A stretch of DNA of 64,000 nt from Synechococcus sp. (GCA_047285805.1 JBJBCN010000003.1:1-64000), one strand, 5' to 3'; counted from the stretch's first letter, positions 47,422-57,526 are shown. Notes: a model not told the origin generated them from the sequence alone. Translations and numbers: made by a program.

Positions 47422-47523
47422 TCACTTGACGTACTTCAAACCTCGATAGTTCAGCCGAGGGTGCTTCTGGGAGACAGCCTCTTTGTTCTGCTGGTACTTC
47501 TGGCCGCGGTAGGTGAGGGTCAT
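47422..47523 (-). CDS. 33-aa DUF4278-family basic peptide
   Basis: MTLTYRGQKYQQNKEAVSQKHPRLNYRGLKYVK with a twin LxYRGxKY motif; GAGGA ribosome-binding site. Confidence 0.88.
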   Translation of the reverse strand: MTLTYRGQKYQQNKEAVSQKHPRLNYRGLKYVK

Positions 47524-47543
47524 GGGTAGTTCCTCGGAGTCAG

Positions 47544-47611
47544 CCCAGGTCCCCGTTCCATGGCCTGGATCGAACTGCGCCTCAGGCAACCAAATGGCGC
47601 CGAGGTGAACG
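47544..47611 (-). ncRNA. Glutamine-II riboswitch (Downstream-peptide motif)
   Basis: CGTTCACCTC...GAGGCGCAGTTCGA-CCAGG-CCATGGAACGGGGA-CCTGG; CGTTC/GAACG pseudoknot; lies upstream of DUF4278. Confidence 0.88.
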
Positions 47612-47615
47612 TTTG

Positions 47616-47629
47616 GTAGCGGATGCTAC
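47616..47629. promoter_or_regulatory. NtcA binding site
   Basis: GTA-GCGGATGC-TAC (GTA-N8-TAC), with extended palindrome GTAGC-N4-GCTAC. Confidence 0.75.
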
Positions 47630-47697
47630 AGAACCTTTTTAGCCGATTCGAATCCAGGCATGTCGTTCAATGGACTACACAACGCAGATTTCAATGC

Positions 47698-47922
47698 TTA
47701 ATCGCTCGGGCAGTTCTGGCGTGGGGTCAAAAAGAACAGCAGATCGCACTGAAAACGGGTGAAATCGCTGAGGGCGTTCTCCACATCCCCCGGATACCCC
47801 TGATCGGTCTGATTCGACGACGGGAGAGGACCGATCGGCGGCGGCAAGGCTTCCGCCATCGCGGCCCCATGCAGAAGCGAAAGGGATGCCACAAGAACGA
47901 CAGTAGGCCAACTAGTCATCAC
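47698..47922 (-). CDS. Small secreted hypothetical protein
   Basis: 74 aa; signal peptide ending AMA; two C-terminal cysteines. Confidence 0.5.
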   Translation of the reverse strand: MMTSWPTVVLVASLSLLHGAAMAEALPPPIGPLPSSNQTDQGYPGDVENALSDFTRFQCDLLFFLTPRQNCPSD

Positions 47923-47977
47923 CGCACCACAGCTCTACTCACTCATTAGCCATGGCCGAAGCGAACGGCAAGACATT

Positions 47978-48012
47978 AAAAAGCCCACCGGACCCCGAAG
48001 GATCTGGCAGGC
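47978..48012 (-). terminator. psaL terminator
   Basis: Minus-strand hairpin with a cUUCGg tetraloop followed by TTTTT. Confidence 0.75.
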
Positions 48013-48043
48013 ATTGAAGGAATGGAGGGGATGCAGGCTGGGC

Positions 48044-48535
48044 TCAGCCGACGCTCCACACACCACCAGCAATCTTCACCAGAGGAGCCACGATCGTTGT
48101 GCCAGCAAGGAACCAAGCGAAGGCAGCGCCGCCGCAACCGCCGAGCCAGAAGCCGCTCGCGAATTCAGCCCAACCAGCCTTGGTGAACAGATCGGACGGA
48201 GGGTTGTCGATGGTGGCGTCGGCCGGCTGCACGTTGGGGCCGCGGCCAGCGGTGCCGTAGATCGACAGGCACACCGTCAGGATGGAAACCAGACCCACGG
48301 CAGCTAGGAGACCAGCGGTGCTGGCGTACTCAGTGGCGCGCAGGGGGCCGCAGATGGTGAAGGGGCCGTAGAGGAAGAAGCCATGGGCCATGCCCACTTC
48401 CAAACCTCGACGGTTGGGAGAGAGGGCGGGGCGATAAGCAGGCAGCGCGCCAAGGAAAGCGCGGCTGAAGTAGCTGCTGTTGACGGGAGTGGCCAGATTG
48501 CCGACGCAGGGGTCGGCCACGGGGGTCACAGTCAT
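48044..48535 (-). CDS. psaL: Photosystem I subunit XI
   Basis: [26 protein letters not shown]. Confidence 0.98.
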   Translation of the reverse strand: MTVTPVADPCVGNLATPVNSSYFSRAFLGALPAYRPALSPNRRGLEVGMAHGFFLYGPFTICGPLRATEYASTAGLLAAVGLVSILTVCLSIYGTAGRGPNVQPADATIDNPPSDLFTKAGWAEFASGFWLGGCGGAAFAWFLAGTTIVAPLVKIAGGVWSVG

Positions 48536-48579
48536 CGGGGGAAGAACGTCAGGTGGCTCGGGAATAAAGCTGCGACAAC

Positions 48580-48696
48580 TCAGTCGCGAGCTTCAATCAC
48601 GTTGAACAGCAGGGCCATGGCCACAGCAGGAGCCAGGATCCCGACAAGGGGAACGAACACCGAGGGCATCCAGGCGGCGACGAAATCTCCGGTCAT
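48580..48696 (-). CDS. psaI: Photosystem I subunit VIII
   Basis: Manual translation [38 protein letters not shown]. Confidence 0.95.
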   Translation of the reverse strand: MTGDFVAAWMPSVFVPLVGILAPAVAMALLFNVIEARD

Positions 48697-48806
48697 CAGC
48701 GTGGGCCAATACAGCTACCGTTCGGCACTGTAAAGAGACCTTCCGGAGCTGCTCTTCTGGGCCTCCAGGGGCGACATAAAAGTTCAGACCAACCGCACGC
48801 CGCGCC

Positions 48807-49283
48807 ATGACCCAGGCCCTCACCGGAATCGTCTTTGCCGGCGTCGTGGCGGCCTGCTGGGTCCTGGGCCGGCCCAAGCGCAACATCCTGCGCTCCACCG
48901 ATGCCTCCGCCATTGCGGCCATCAACCGCAGCCAGATGGAACTGGTCATCCCCTCTGGCGAAGGCGACGCCAAGGGACAAGCCAGCGCCCCAACCGTGCA
49001 GCTACCCGCCGCCCATGATCGGCGCGGCCGCGGGCTACTGCTCAAGCAGCTCGAGACGCAGTTCCGGGCTGGTGGCGAAGCACGCCGGAGCGCAATGGCG
49101 ATCTGCCAGCTCTGGCGCCACCGCGAGGCCCTGCCCCTGATTCGACGCGGCCTGCGCGATGCGGACCAGGTCGTCGCCGCCCTCGCCGCCGATGCCATGA
49201 CCAACTTCCGCGGACGCAGCAGCGCTCCGGTTGCCTCCGCTCAGCCGCACAAACTGCCCCGCAAAGTCTCCCGGACGCGATAG
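48807..49283 (+). CDS. Membrane-anchored HEAT-repeat protein
   Basis: N-terminal transmembrane helix; ALPLIRRGLRDAD..V..AA. Confidence 0.75.
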   Translation: MTQALTGIVFAGVVAACWVLGRPKRNILRSTDASAIAAINRSQMELVIPSGEGDAKGQASAPTVQLPAAHDRRGRGLLLKQLETQFRAGGEARRSAMAICQLWRHREALPLIRRGLRDADQVVAALAADAMTNFRGRSSAPVASAQPHKLPRKVSRTR

Positions 49284-50209
49284 ATCGGGCGGCCTTGGCT
49301 CTCGTGATAAGTCCGCATCTGCACCTCTGAGAGCAAGCCAAAGCAGAACAGCTGCACCCCTGTGATCAGGGCCAGGACAGCCACCAGAAGCAGGGGCCGA
49401 TTGCCGATCTCCGCGCCCCCCAATTTCACAGCGAGCAGATAGGCGCTCAGCAACGCGCCGATCCCCATCGCGCTGAGCCCCCCGAAGCCGAAGACGTACA
49501 TCGGCCTGGTCAAGAAGCGCTTCATGAACCAGACGGTGAACAGATCCATCAGTACCCGGAAGGTGCGATCGATCCCGTACTTGCTCTGGCCGAACTGCCG
49601 GGCGTTGTGGTTCACCTTCACCTCCGCAATCCGGGCCCCCTCGATGAAGGCCAAGGCGGGCAGGAAGCGATGCAGCTCCCCGTAGAGGTTCATGTCCTCC
49701 ACCAATTCGCGGCGGTAAGCCTTTAGGGAACAGCCGTAGTCGTGGAGACGCACCCCGGTCACCCGTGCGATCAAGGCATTGGCGATCTTGCTGGGGAGCA
49801 GCCGGCTGACGGCATGGTCCTGACGCTGATGACGCCAACCGCTGACCAGGTCATAGCCCTCCTCGAGGCGCTCCAGCAGCATCGGAATGTCGGCCGGGTC
49901 GTTCTGCAGATCCCCGTCCAGGGTGACGATCAAGCGCCCGCGACTGGCATCAAAACCTGCAGCCATCGCCGCGGTCTGGCCGTAGTTGCGCCGCAACAAA
50001 ACCGCCACCAGCTCTGGGGCCCCGGCCGCCTGCTCCCGCAACACATCCGCGGTGCTATCCGAGGAGCCGTCATCCACCAGCACCATCTCAAACGAGCGCC
50101 CCAAAGGACGAAGAGCCAACAGCAGCTCCTCCACCAGCAGCGGCAGGGTCTCCTCCTCGTTAAAGAGAGGCACCACGATCGAGAGTTCTGGAACGCTGGC
50201 GCTGCTCAA
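49241..50209 (-). CDS. GT2 glycosyltransferase (ArnC/DPM1-like)
   Basis: VVPLFNEE, VDDGSSD, RNYGQTAA, DGDLQNDP and C-terminal transmembrane helices. Confidence 0.93.
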   Translation of the reverse strand: MSSASVPELSIVVPLFNEEETLPLLVEELLLALRPLGRSFEMVLVDDGSSDSTADVLREQAAGAPELVAVLLRRNYGQTAAMAAGFDASRGRLIVTLDGDLQNDPADIPMLLERLEEGYDLVSGWRHQRQDHAVSRLLPSKIANALIARVTGVRLHDYGCSLKAYRRELVEDMNLYGELHRFLPALAFIEGARIAEVKVNHNARQFGQSKYGIDRTFRVLMDLFTVWFMKRFLTRPMYVFGFGGLSAMGIGALLSAYLLAVKLGGAEIGNRPLLLVAVLALITGVQLFCFGLLSEVQMRTYHESQGRPIYRVRETLRGSLCG

Positions 50210-50258
50210 CGGAACCGCTCAAGTTCGCTGGAACCTAGAGGAAAGACCCCCAATCCGT

Positions 50259-51341
50259 TCAACTGGGAAGGAACCAAGCCACCCCAAGCCCCAGGTAGGT
50301 GCCAAGAAGGTAGCCCAGCAAACCAATCGCCACCGAAGGCACCGCCAGTTCGGCCCGACCAATCGCCGTGGCCAAGGCCAAGGCCGTGCTGGGTCCGCCA
50401 ATGGAGGCTTGCGAGGCCAACAGGGTTTCAGCCAAGGGCCAGCGCAGCCAACGGCGGATGAGCACCAGTAGCAACAGGGCCTGAACCAAAACCACCAAGG
50501 CCGCATACAGCAACACCGGCAGGCCCTCCCCCAGGAGCCCCGCCACCGGGGAACTCAGGCCCATCACAGTGAAAAAAGGCTGGATCAGGAGCAGGCCAAG
50601 GCCATAGCAACCGCGCCGGCTGTCGGGCGCGGGCAGCTGGGCCACCAGCAGAGCCACAGTGGTTAACACCAGGATCGAGGGAACAGACGGCAACACGGCA
50701 CTCAGGGCCTGGGCCAAGACCAGAACCGCCAAGCCCCAAAAGGCCGCCAGCCACCAGGAACGCTCCGGCTGATCGCTGGGGGGACCATCGGCCCAGGCTG
50801 CGTCCTCGGGGGTGTCGGCCCGCAGCCCCAGCCAGGTGCTGACGGCAAACCACACCGCAAACACGACGTAGTCCGCGGCGGTGGCCAGGGTCAGGAGGGT
50901 CTCCGGCGGATTCAAGGTCCGGGCCACCGAGACGAAGTTCAAGCTGCCGCCGGTGAAGGTCGCGGTGTACATCCCCGCCAACACGCTCCGGCCATCCCCC
51001 AAGAGGGGATGGAGCAACCAGGCCCCAAGCAGCACCCCCAGCACCGTGCTCAAGGCCGCCATCAGAAAGGGACCCAGCAATTTCCTGGCCTGGGGCCAAA
51101 GACGCCGCAGGTCGACAGCAAGCAACAGCAGGCCAATCGCCAGGGAGGTGAATGGGCCGTTGATCCACCCCGCGGCCGCGGCCTGCAACTGCACGCCGCC
51201 GAGGTTGCTCACCAGCAACCCCAACACCAGCACCACCATCGTCATCCCCAACTGACGCCCCCAGGGTGTGCGCCGCGACAGCAGCCAACCCAGGGCCGTC
51301 AGGAGGAGCACCAGCGACAAAGACCAAAGCATGGGCATCAA
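50259..51341 (-). CDS. DUF819 family membrane protein
   Basis: TFTGGSLNFV, ASQASIGGPSTA and GYLLGTYLG. Confidence 0.85.
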   Translation of the reverse strand: MMPMLWSLSLVLLLTALGWLLSRRTPWGRQLGMTMVVLVLGLLVSNLGGVQLQAAAAGWINGPFTSLAIGLLLLAVDLRRLWPQARKLLGPFLMAALSTVLGVLLGAWLLHPLLGDGRSVLAGMYTATFTGGSLNFVSVARTLNPPETLLTLATAADYVVFAVWFAVSTWLGLRADTPEDAAWADGPPSDQPERSWWLAAFWGLAVLVLAQALSAVLPSVPSILVLTTVALLVAQLPAPDSRRGCYGLGLLLIQPFFTVMGLSSPVAGLLGEGLPVLLYAALVVLVQALLLLVLIRRWLRWPLAETLLASQASIGGPSTALALATAIGRAELAVPSVAIGLLGYLLGTYLGLGVAWFLPS

Positions 51342-52090
51342 GGCAGGGTGGAGCCGTCGTGGCAGCGGACCACCCGACCGGCGCCGCGCAACTCCTGGCG
51401 ATAGTGAACGCTGACAGGATCGATCAGCTGACGATCAAGGCCATCCACGCCCAAGCCATCACGGCCATGCTCCCGGCCGGAGCTGTGCAGGTAGCGGCCC
51501 TGCCCGAGGTACAGCCCGACATGGGTGCAGCGTTGGGGGCGTCCAAAAAAGATCAAGTCCCCCGGCCGCAGCTGGCTGTAGCAACCGGGAGCGACCGCCA
51601 CGGGTTGGCAGAACCGCTCCTGTTGGTAGGCGTCCCGCGGAATCCACACACCAGCCGCGGCATAGGCGGCCTGGGTAAAACCTGAACAGTCAAAATCCGG
51701 GCCGAGGCTGCCGCCCCAGAGGTAGTGATTGCTTTGCTGCCGCGCGGCGTTCGCAAAGGCCAAGACCGCTGGCAGAAGTTCCGCGATGGCCACGTCGCAC
51801 AGGAGCCGCGGTTGCACAGCCGCGATGCAGCGGGCATGGCCCAGCAGATCCCGCGGATCGATCCAACCCGGGTAGCCGTCCTCCAGCAGCAGCACCTGAA
51901 CCCGCGGCCCCGTCGGCGCGGCTTCATCGAGCACCTGCAGGGCACGGCCAGCCCAGGCCTGAGTGGCCAGGCCCGACCCCGACCAGTTGCTGTAGAGATT
52001 AAGCGGCGCATCAATCTGCCAACGGCTGCCCGGATGCAGCAGCTCCAAGGCCACGGGTGTTCCTACGGACAACCTGCTTAACCTCGCCAT
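51338..52090 (-). CDS. NlpC/P60 (C40) peptidase
   Basis: YLWGG, DCSG, PRDA, PGDLIFF and HVGLY. Confidence 0.93.
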   Translation of the reverse strand: MARLSRLSVGTPVALELLHPGSRWQIDAPLNLYSNWSGSGLATQAWAGRALQVLDEAAPTGPRVQVLLLEDGYPGWIDPRDLLGHARCIAAVQPRLLCDVAIAELLPAVLAFANAARQQSNHYLWGGSLGPDFDCSGFTQAAYAAAGVWIPRDAYQQERFCQPVAVAPGCYSQLRPGDLIFFGRPQRCTHVGLYLGQGRYLHSSGREHGRDGLGVDGLDRQLIDPVSVHYRQELRGAGRVVRCHDGSTLP

Positions 52091-52107
52091 GACCCCGAGT
52101 GGCTGCC

Positions 52108-53001
52108 ATGGCGTTCTACTGCCCAAATGGGGAGATGGAGCAAGCACTGGCTGCGGCGATCAGCAGTCTGGAGCAGGATGGCCGGCCGGGTCTGAGCGAG
52201 CAGCTCTCGGTCACCTGGATTCGCTACGGGCAGTCCCTACGCCACGACACCTCCGCAGAAGGCCAAGGCAGCCACTGGCGCGGAAACCAAGCGCGATATC
52301 CTGCCAGCGTAGTGAAACTGCTCTATCTCCTGGCCGCTGAGGCCTGGTTGCAGCGGGAGCTCATCGAGGACAGTCCGGAACTGCACCGGGCCCTCGCCAA
52401 CATGATCCGGGACTCGAGCAACGACGCCACCGGTTTGGTGGTGGACCTGCTGACGGGAACCTGCAGTGGCACGGAACTTCCGGCCGCGGCCCTCAAGCGC
52501 TGGAGCCAGCAACGCCAACTGATCAACCGCTGGTACGCGGAACGGGGATGGCCCGAGTGGCCCGGCAACAACGCATGCCAGAAGACCTGGGGCGATGGTC
52601 CCTATGGCCGGGAGCGCCAGTCCTATGGGCCCCAGCTGGAAAACCGCAACCGCCTCAGCAGCAACCTCACAGCCCGGGTGTTACAGGCGGTCATGGGCCG
52701 TGAACTGCTCTCCCCAGCCGCCTGCGGCAGGATGCAAGAGCTGTTGGCCCGCAGCCTGGATCAAGGGGAGCGGGCCGCGGACCCCGAAAACCAAGTCGAT
52801 GGCTTTCTCGGCGGCTGTCTGCCCGAAGGCGCCCAACTCTGGAGCAAGGCCGGCTGGATGAGCCAAGCCCGCCACGACGCCGCCTATATCGAGGTCGAGG
52901 GGAAGGCCCCCGCCCTCTTAGTGGTGCTCAGCGAGGGTCCCGAGCGCGCCCAAGACGAAGCGCTGCTGCCGGAGCTATGCCGACGACTGCTGGAGCTCTA
53001 G
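52108..53001 (+). CDS. Class A beta-lactamase-like serine hydrolase
   Basis: ASVVK, SSN and SKAG motifs. Confidence 0.88.
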   Translation: MAFYCPNGEMEQALAAAISSLEQDGRPGLSEQLSVTWIRYGQSLRHDTSAEGQGSHWRGNQARYPASVVKLLYLLAAEAWLQRELIEDSPELHRALANMIRDSSNDATGLVVDLLTGTCSGTELPAAALKRWSQQRQLINRWYAERGWPEWPGNNACQKTWGDGPYGRERQSYGPQLENRNRLSSNLTARVLQAVMGRELLSPAACGRMQELLARSLDQGERAADPENQVDGFLGGCLPEGAQLWSKAGWMSQARHDAAYIEVEGKAPALLVVLSEGPERAQDEALLPELCRRLLEL

Positions 53002-53042
53002 AGACTCAAGACCCCAGCCCGGGATCGGACTGGGGTTTGGAA

Positions 53043-53131
53043 CGGAGAGGGAGGGATTCGAACCCTCGACAGAAGTTGCCTCCTGTAACTCCTTAGCAGG
53101 GAGCCGCTTTCAACCACTCAGCCACCTCTCC
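53043..53131 (-). tRNA. tRNA-Ser(GCT)
   Basis: GGAGAGGTGGCTGAGTGG...CTGCTAA...long variable arm...GGTTCGAATCC. Confidence 0.96.
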
Positions 53132-53149
53132 AGTGGCCCGGAAAGAATA

Positions 53150-54367
53150 TCAGGCGCTGGCACCACGGCCAGCCCCTTGGGGCAGCCGCGGCAGGCGATG
53201 TTTGAAACCGCAGAGAATCTCCCATGGAATCGTTCCGATCGGCTTGCTCCAGGCCTGCGGATCGATCCGCTCCCCGGCCTCCTCCCCGAGCAAGGTGACC
53301 ACGCTTCCTGCCTCCAGCGCGGGCACGTCGGTAGCGTCTAGCACCAGTTGATCCATGGTGATCGCCCCCACCTGGGGCAGCCGATACCCGGCGAAGAGCA
53401 CCTCCAGCCGATTGGAAAGCAGGCGCGGGACACCATCGGCATAGCCAATGCCCACCACCGCCAAACGACTTGGCCGTTGGGTGACGAAACGATGGCCGTA
53501 GCTCACCCCGACCCCGGCGGGCACCTCGCGAATCAGGCTGACCCGGGCGCGCACGTGCATTGCCGGCTGCAGACTCAGCCCAGCGCCCAGGTGCTCCGAG
53601 GGCCGTTGACCGTAGAGGGCTAGCCCAACCCGCACCAAGTCGTAGTGCAGCTGCTGGCTGCGCAGGGTCCCCGCGGAATTAGCCAGGTGGCGGCAGCCCG
53701 GGGCCAACTGCTGCTGCTGCAGGCCGCTGAGGAACGCATCAAAGCGCTGCTGCTGGCTCGCGGTAAGAGCATCGAGGCCATCTCCGGGGGAATCCGCTCC
53801 GGCTAGATGGGAATAGACCCCAGCCATCTGCAACGCATCCAGGCCCTGGATGGCCTCCACCAGGCGCGGCCCCTCCTCCCAGGGCGCCCCCAGGCGGGTC
53901 ATGCCGGTGTCCAATTTCAGGTGAACCGCCAGCTGGCGACCACTGCCGCTGGCCAGGTTCTGGCAGAGGAGGGCCTCGCGCATGCCGCTGAGGGTGGGCA
54001 TCAACTGCCAGTGCAGGCAGGCCCGCAATTCATCGGGATGGCTGAGGTTGCCCAGCACCAAGATGGGCTGATCGAGCCCCGCCTGACGCAACTCCACTCC
54101 CTCCTGGAGTGTGGCGACACCGAAGCAGCTGGCGCCGCCAGCGGCCGCCGAGCGGGCGACGGGCACGGCCCCATGGCCGTATCCGTCGGCCTTGACCACG
54201 GCCATCAGGGCACAGCCGGGGTGCAGGGAGCGCCTCAGGGCATCCGCATTGGCCTGGATCGCCGCTTCATCGATTTCCACCCAGGCCCTCTGGCGCGGAT
54301 GGGGCTGCGGCAGCAAAGCCGCGGCCGCGGGGTCGTCGAAGGCAGCAGCAGGCGATGCGTCAACCAT
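53150..54367 (-). CDS. alr: Alanine racemase
   Basis: AVVKADGYGHG, DTGMTRLG, GYADG and ITMD. Confidence 0.97.
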   Translation of the reverse strand: MVDASPAAAFDDPAAAALLPQPHPRQRAWVEIDEAAIQANADALRRSLHPGCALMAVVKADGYGHGAVPVARSAAAGGASCFGVATLQEGVELRQAGLDQPILVLGNLSHPDELRACLHWQLMPTLSGMREALLCQNLASGSGRQLAVHLKLDTGMTRLGAPWEEGPRLVEAIQGLDALQMAGVYSHLAGADSPGDGLDALTASQQQRFDAFLSGLQQQQLAPGCRHLANSAGTLRSQQLHYDLVRVGLALYGQRPSEHLGAGLSLQPAMHVRARVSLIREVPAGVGVSYGHRFVTQRPSRLAVVGIGYADGVPRLLSNRLEVLFAGYRLPQVGAITMDQLVLDATDVPALEAGSVVTLLGEEAGERIDPQAWSKPIGTIPWEILCGFKHRLPRLPQGAGRGASA

Positions 54368-54441
54368 CCGCCCTTGGCAGTGCACCTAGCATGCATAGAA
54401 ATTACGGGGTTGCCCAGCGCAGCTCCCCAGGCTGCGCTCCC

Positions 54442-54960
54442 ATGGGCTCCGTTCTGGTTCTGAATGCCTCCTACGAGCCCTTGAACGTCACCAGCTGGCG
54501 CAGGGCCACTGTGATGGTGCTCAAGGGCAAGGCCGAAGGGCTGGAGCATTCACCAGGTCGGCAACTCAGGCCGGGCCTAGGGCTGCCAACGGTGATCCGG
54601 TTGCGGCAGTTCGTGAGGGTCCCCTTCCGGCCCCTGCCCCTCACCCGCCGGAACGTCTTCCACCGCGACGACCACTGCTGCCAGTACTGCGGCAGCAGCA
54701 GCGAGCGGCTGTCGATCGATCACGTCCTGCCCCGCAGCCGCGGCGGCAGCCACAGCTGGGACAACGTCACCACGGCCTGCCTGCGCTGCAATGTTCACAA
54801 GGGCAACCGTACCCCCAAGGAGGCAAGCATGCCCCTGCATTCCGCCCCCCGCCGGCCCGTGAGCGGCGCAGTCTTTGAAGCCCAGCGCCAGATGGCCAAC
54901 GGGGGGCACCGGGAATGGGCCAAGTACGTCGACGGCTGGGAAGAGCCGCTCGCTAGTTGA
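54442..54960 (+). CDS. HNH endonuclease
   Basis: [27 protein letters not shown] and CNVHKGN. Confidence 0.92.
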   Translation: MGSVLVLNASYEPLNVTSWRRATVMVLKGKAEGLEHSPGRQLRPGLGLPTVIRLRQFVRVPFRPLPLTRRNVFHRDDHCCQYCGSSSERLSIDHVLPRSRGGSHSWDNVTTACLRCNVHKGNRTPKEASMPLHSAPRRPVSGAVFEAQRQMANGGHREWAKYVDGWEEPLAS

Positions 54961-56056
54961 CCCCGCTGGCCTGGTCGGCCAGTTCCTCCAGCTGACGGCG
55001 CTGGTCGGCGGAGACACAAGCCCCAATCAGCTCCGCCAGTTGGCCCTGCAGCACCGGCTCGAGCGAGAAGTTGCGGCCGAGGCGGTGGTCCGTCGTGCGG
55101 TTGTCCTTGTAGTTGTATGTGCGGATTTTCTCGCTGCGATCGCCGCTGCCCACCTGGGCCAAGCGGGCCGAGCGCTCCTTGGCGTTGGCCTCGGCCAGTT
55201 GACGCTCGTAGAGCTTGGCTCGCAGGATTTCCAGGGCCCGTTCCCGGTTCTGCAGCTGAGATCGCTCCTGGGTGCAGAAGACCCGAATGCCGGTGGGCTT
55301 GTGCAGAAGATCAACCGCGGTCTCCACCTTGTTCACGTTCTGACCGCCGGCACCACCGGAGCGGGCCGTGCTGATCTCCAGGTCGGTCGGATCGATCTGA
55401 ACCTCAACGGGATCAGCCTCAGGCATCACCGCGACGGTCGCCGTGGAGGTATGAACGCGCCCCTGGGATTCGGTGGCGGGAACCCGCTGCACCCGATGCA
55501 CGCCGGCCTCGAATTTCAGCTGGCTGAACACGCTGTCGCCCTGGATCGCCAGGATCAATTCCTTGTAGCCGCCGAGTTCCGCCTCCGAGGCACTCACCGG
55601 CTGCACCTTCCAACCGACGCTCTGGGCGTAGCGCTCATACATCCGCGCCAAGTCACCAGCCCAGATGGCCGCCTCGTCGCCACCAGCGCCGGCACGGATC
55701 TCCAGCATCACGCTTCGTTCATCCCGGGGATCACGGGGGAGCAGCGCCAGGGTCAACTGCTCTTCCATAGCCGCGATCTGCGTCGCCAAGCCGCTGAGCT
55801 CCTCCTGGGCCAGGGTCTCCATTTCCTCATCCCCGCGGGACTCCTTCAGGAGCTCCTTGGCGTCCTGCTCCTGTTTGCGCCATTGGCAGAGCTGGTCATA
55901 CCCATTCACCAGGGGTTCCAGCCGAGCCCGCTCGCGGGCAATGGGCTCAAGCTGGGCTGGATTAGCCGCCACATCCGGGTCGGCCAACTGGCGCTCCAGG
56001 GTGTCAAAGGTGGCGCGCGCCGTCTCTAGACGTTCACGCAGAAAGAAAGCATCCAT
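54953..56056 (-). CDS. prfA: Peptide chain release factor 1
   Basis: PAT motif and GGQ. Confidence 0.97.
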   Translation of the reverse strand: MDAFFLRERLETARATFDTLERQLADPDVAANPAQLEPIARERARLEPLVNGYDQLCQWRKQEQDAKELLKESRGDEEMETLAQEELSGLATQIAAMEEQLTLALLPRDPRDERSVMLEIRAGAGGDEAAIWAGDLARMYERYAQSVGWKVQPVSASEAELGGYKELILAIQGDSVFSQLKFEAGVHRVQRVPATESQGRVHTSTATVAVMPEADPVEVQIDPTDLEISTARSGGAGGQNVNKVETAVDLLHKPTGIRVFCTQERSQLQNRERALEILRAKLYERQLAEANAKERSARLAQVGSGDRSEKIRTYNYKDNRTTDHRLGRNFSLEPVLQGQLAELIGACVSADQRRQLEELADQASGVN

Positions 56057-56075
56057 GGGAGCGGCTCAAGCCAGC

Positions 56076-56107
56076 AAAAAAGCCGGACGCCCTGGAGCAT
56101 CCGGCTT
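56076..56107 (-). terminator. Terminator after rpmE
   Basis: Minus strand AAGCCGGATGC...GCGTCCGGCTTTTTT. Confidence 0.75.
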
Positions 56108-56141
56108 GAAGAATCGAGACACGACGAAAGTGAAAGGCAGA

Positions 56142-56405
56142 TCAGGCCTTGTCGGCTGTGTCAGCCTTCTTCTCGACTTGGGCATCGGCGCCACCGGCGC
56201 TGCCCATGCCGTACTTGCGCATGAAACGATCTACACGACCCTCGGTGTCCAGGATCTTCTGGGTACCTGTATAGAAGGGGTGGTTACCGCTCCAGACGTC
56301 GACGTGGATCTCGGGAGAGGTGGAGCCAGTGGTCATGACCACTTCTCCGTTGCAGATCACCTTGGCATCGGGATACCAGGTGGGATGGATGTCGGCCTTC
56401 GGCAT
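56142..56405 (-). CDS. rpmE: 50S ribosomal protein L31
   Basis: IHP..Y, HPFYTG and GRVDRF. Confidence 0.97.
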   Translation of the reverse strand: MPKADIHPTWYPDAKVICNGEVVMTTGSTSPEIHVDVWSGNHPFYTGTQKILDTEGRVDRFMRKYGMGSAGGADAQVEKKADTADKA

Positions 56406-56437
56406 TACGGGTACGGGGCTGAGGGGCGAAAGCGCAA

Positions 56438-56839
56438 TCAGCGCTTGGAGAACTGAGGAGCCTTACGGGCTTTCTTCAGGCCGTACTTACGACGCTCTTT
56501 GGAGCGGGGGTCACGGCTGAGGTGGCCTTCGGTCTTTAGGGGCTTGCGGTTGTCGGGGGACAGATCGCACAGGGCACGGGCAGCGCCTTGCTTGATCGCA
56601 TCGGCCTGACCTGTCAGGCCGCCACCACGGACGTTGACCAGGAGGTCATACTCGGCTCCCAGACCCAGGGTCTGCAGGGGAGCCTTGACGGCAGCCAGGT
56701 AGGTGGGGTTGTAGTTCAGGTAGTTGTCACCGGGACGACCATTGATGGTCACGGTGCCATTGCCAGGAACGACGCGGACGCGCGCCACGGCGGTCTTACG
56801 ACGGCCGGTTCCCCAGTAAACGACTTTGGTGGTGCTCAT
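56438..56839 (-). CDS. rpsI: 30S ribosomal protein S9
   Basis: [10 protein letters not shown] and QFSKR. Confidence 0.98.
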   Translation of the reverse strand: MSTTKVVYWGTGRRKTAVARVRVVPGNGTVTINGRPGDNYLNYNPTYLAAVKAPLQTLGLGAEYDLLVNVRGGGLTGQADAIKQGAARALCDLSPDNRKPLKTEGHLSRDPRSKERRKYGLKKARKAPQFSKR

Positions 56840-57288
56840 TTGGTGGAAGCGGCGGGATCGAGGGCCAGAGCCTTGGGCTGCTGAGCAGCATGGGGGTGCT
56901 CAGCACCCTTGTAGACCTTCAGCTTGCGGAAAAGCTGACGACCGAGTGCGTTGTGGGGGAGCATGCCCTTCACAGCCTTCTCGATGATCCGCTCGGGAAT
57001 CCTCGCCTGTAGGGCAGAGAAGGTTTCGGTCTTCATGCCACCGGGGCGACCGGAGTGGCGGCGGTACAGCTTGTCGGAAGCCTTGTTACCACTCACCTTC
57101 ACCTTTTCAGCATTGATCACCACGACGAAGTCGCCGGCGTCGATGTGAGGGGCGAAGTTGGGGTTGTTCTTACCCCGCAGAACCGAAGCGACCTCAGTGG
57201 CAAGCCGGCCGAGGGTCTGGTTCTCAGCGTCCACCAGATACCACTGGCGGGCTGAGGAATCCTGGGGAGGGACGAGAGTCTTGTTCAT
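56836..57288 (-). CDS. rplM: 50S ribosomal protein L13
   Basis: WYLVDA..LGRLA, AVKGMLP and HAAQQP. Confidence 0.98.
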   Translation of the reverse strand: MNKTLVPPQDSSARQWYLVDAENQTLGRLATEVASVLRGKNNPNFAPHIDAGDFVVVINAEKVKVSGNKASDKLYRRHSGRPGGMKTETFSALQARIPERIIEKAVKGMLPHNALGRQLFRKLKVYKGAEHPHAAQQPKALALDPAASTK

Positions 57289-57526
57289 CGCGCCGGCGGG
57301 CCGGTTCGGATAGGACCCCATCACCACGCTTAGGCGGGTGGGGTTGGACAGGGTGTCTGGACTGTGGGTCTCGACTAATGACGGCAGTCACCCGATCACT
57401 CGGGTGTCAATCGCTCGTTGAGTGAACCTACCGCTTCGCCAATCCCCACTACTGGGGACAGGGTTTGGGGCAGGGGCTGGCCGCCGATGTACATCGGCAG
57501 GTCAACTCTGAGACCGGCAGACCCAG

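Noticed and set aside
46773..47950. Integrative element at tRNA-Thr
   Set aside because: No integrase, and I saw no duplicated tRNA 3' end by eye
54442..54960. HNH gene as a mobile homing or defence element
   Set aside because: Host-like codon usage and position between alr and prfA fit a core cyanobacterial HNH protein
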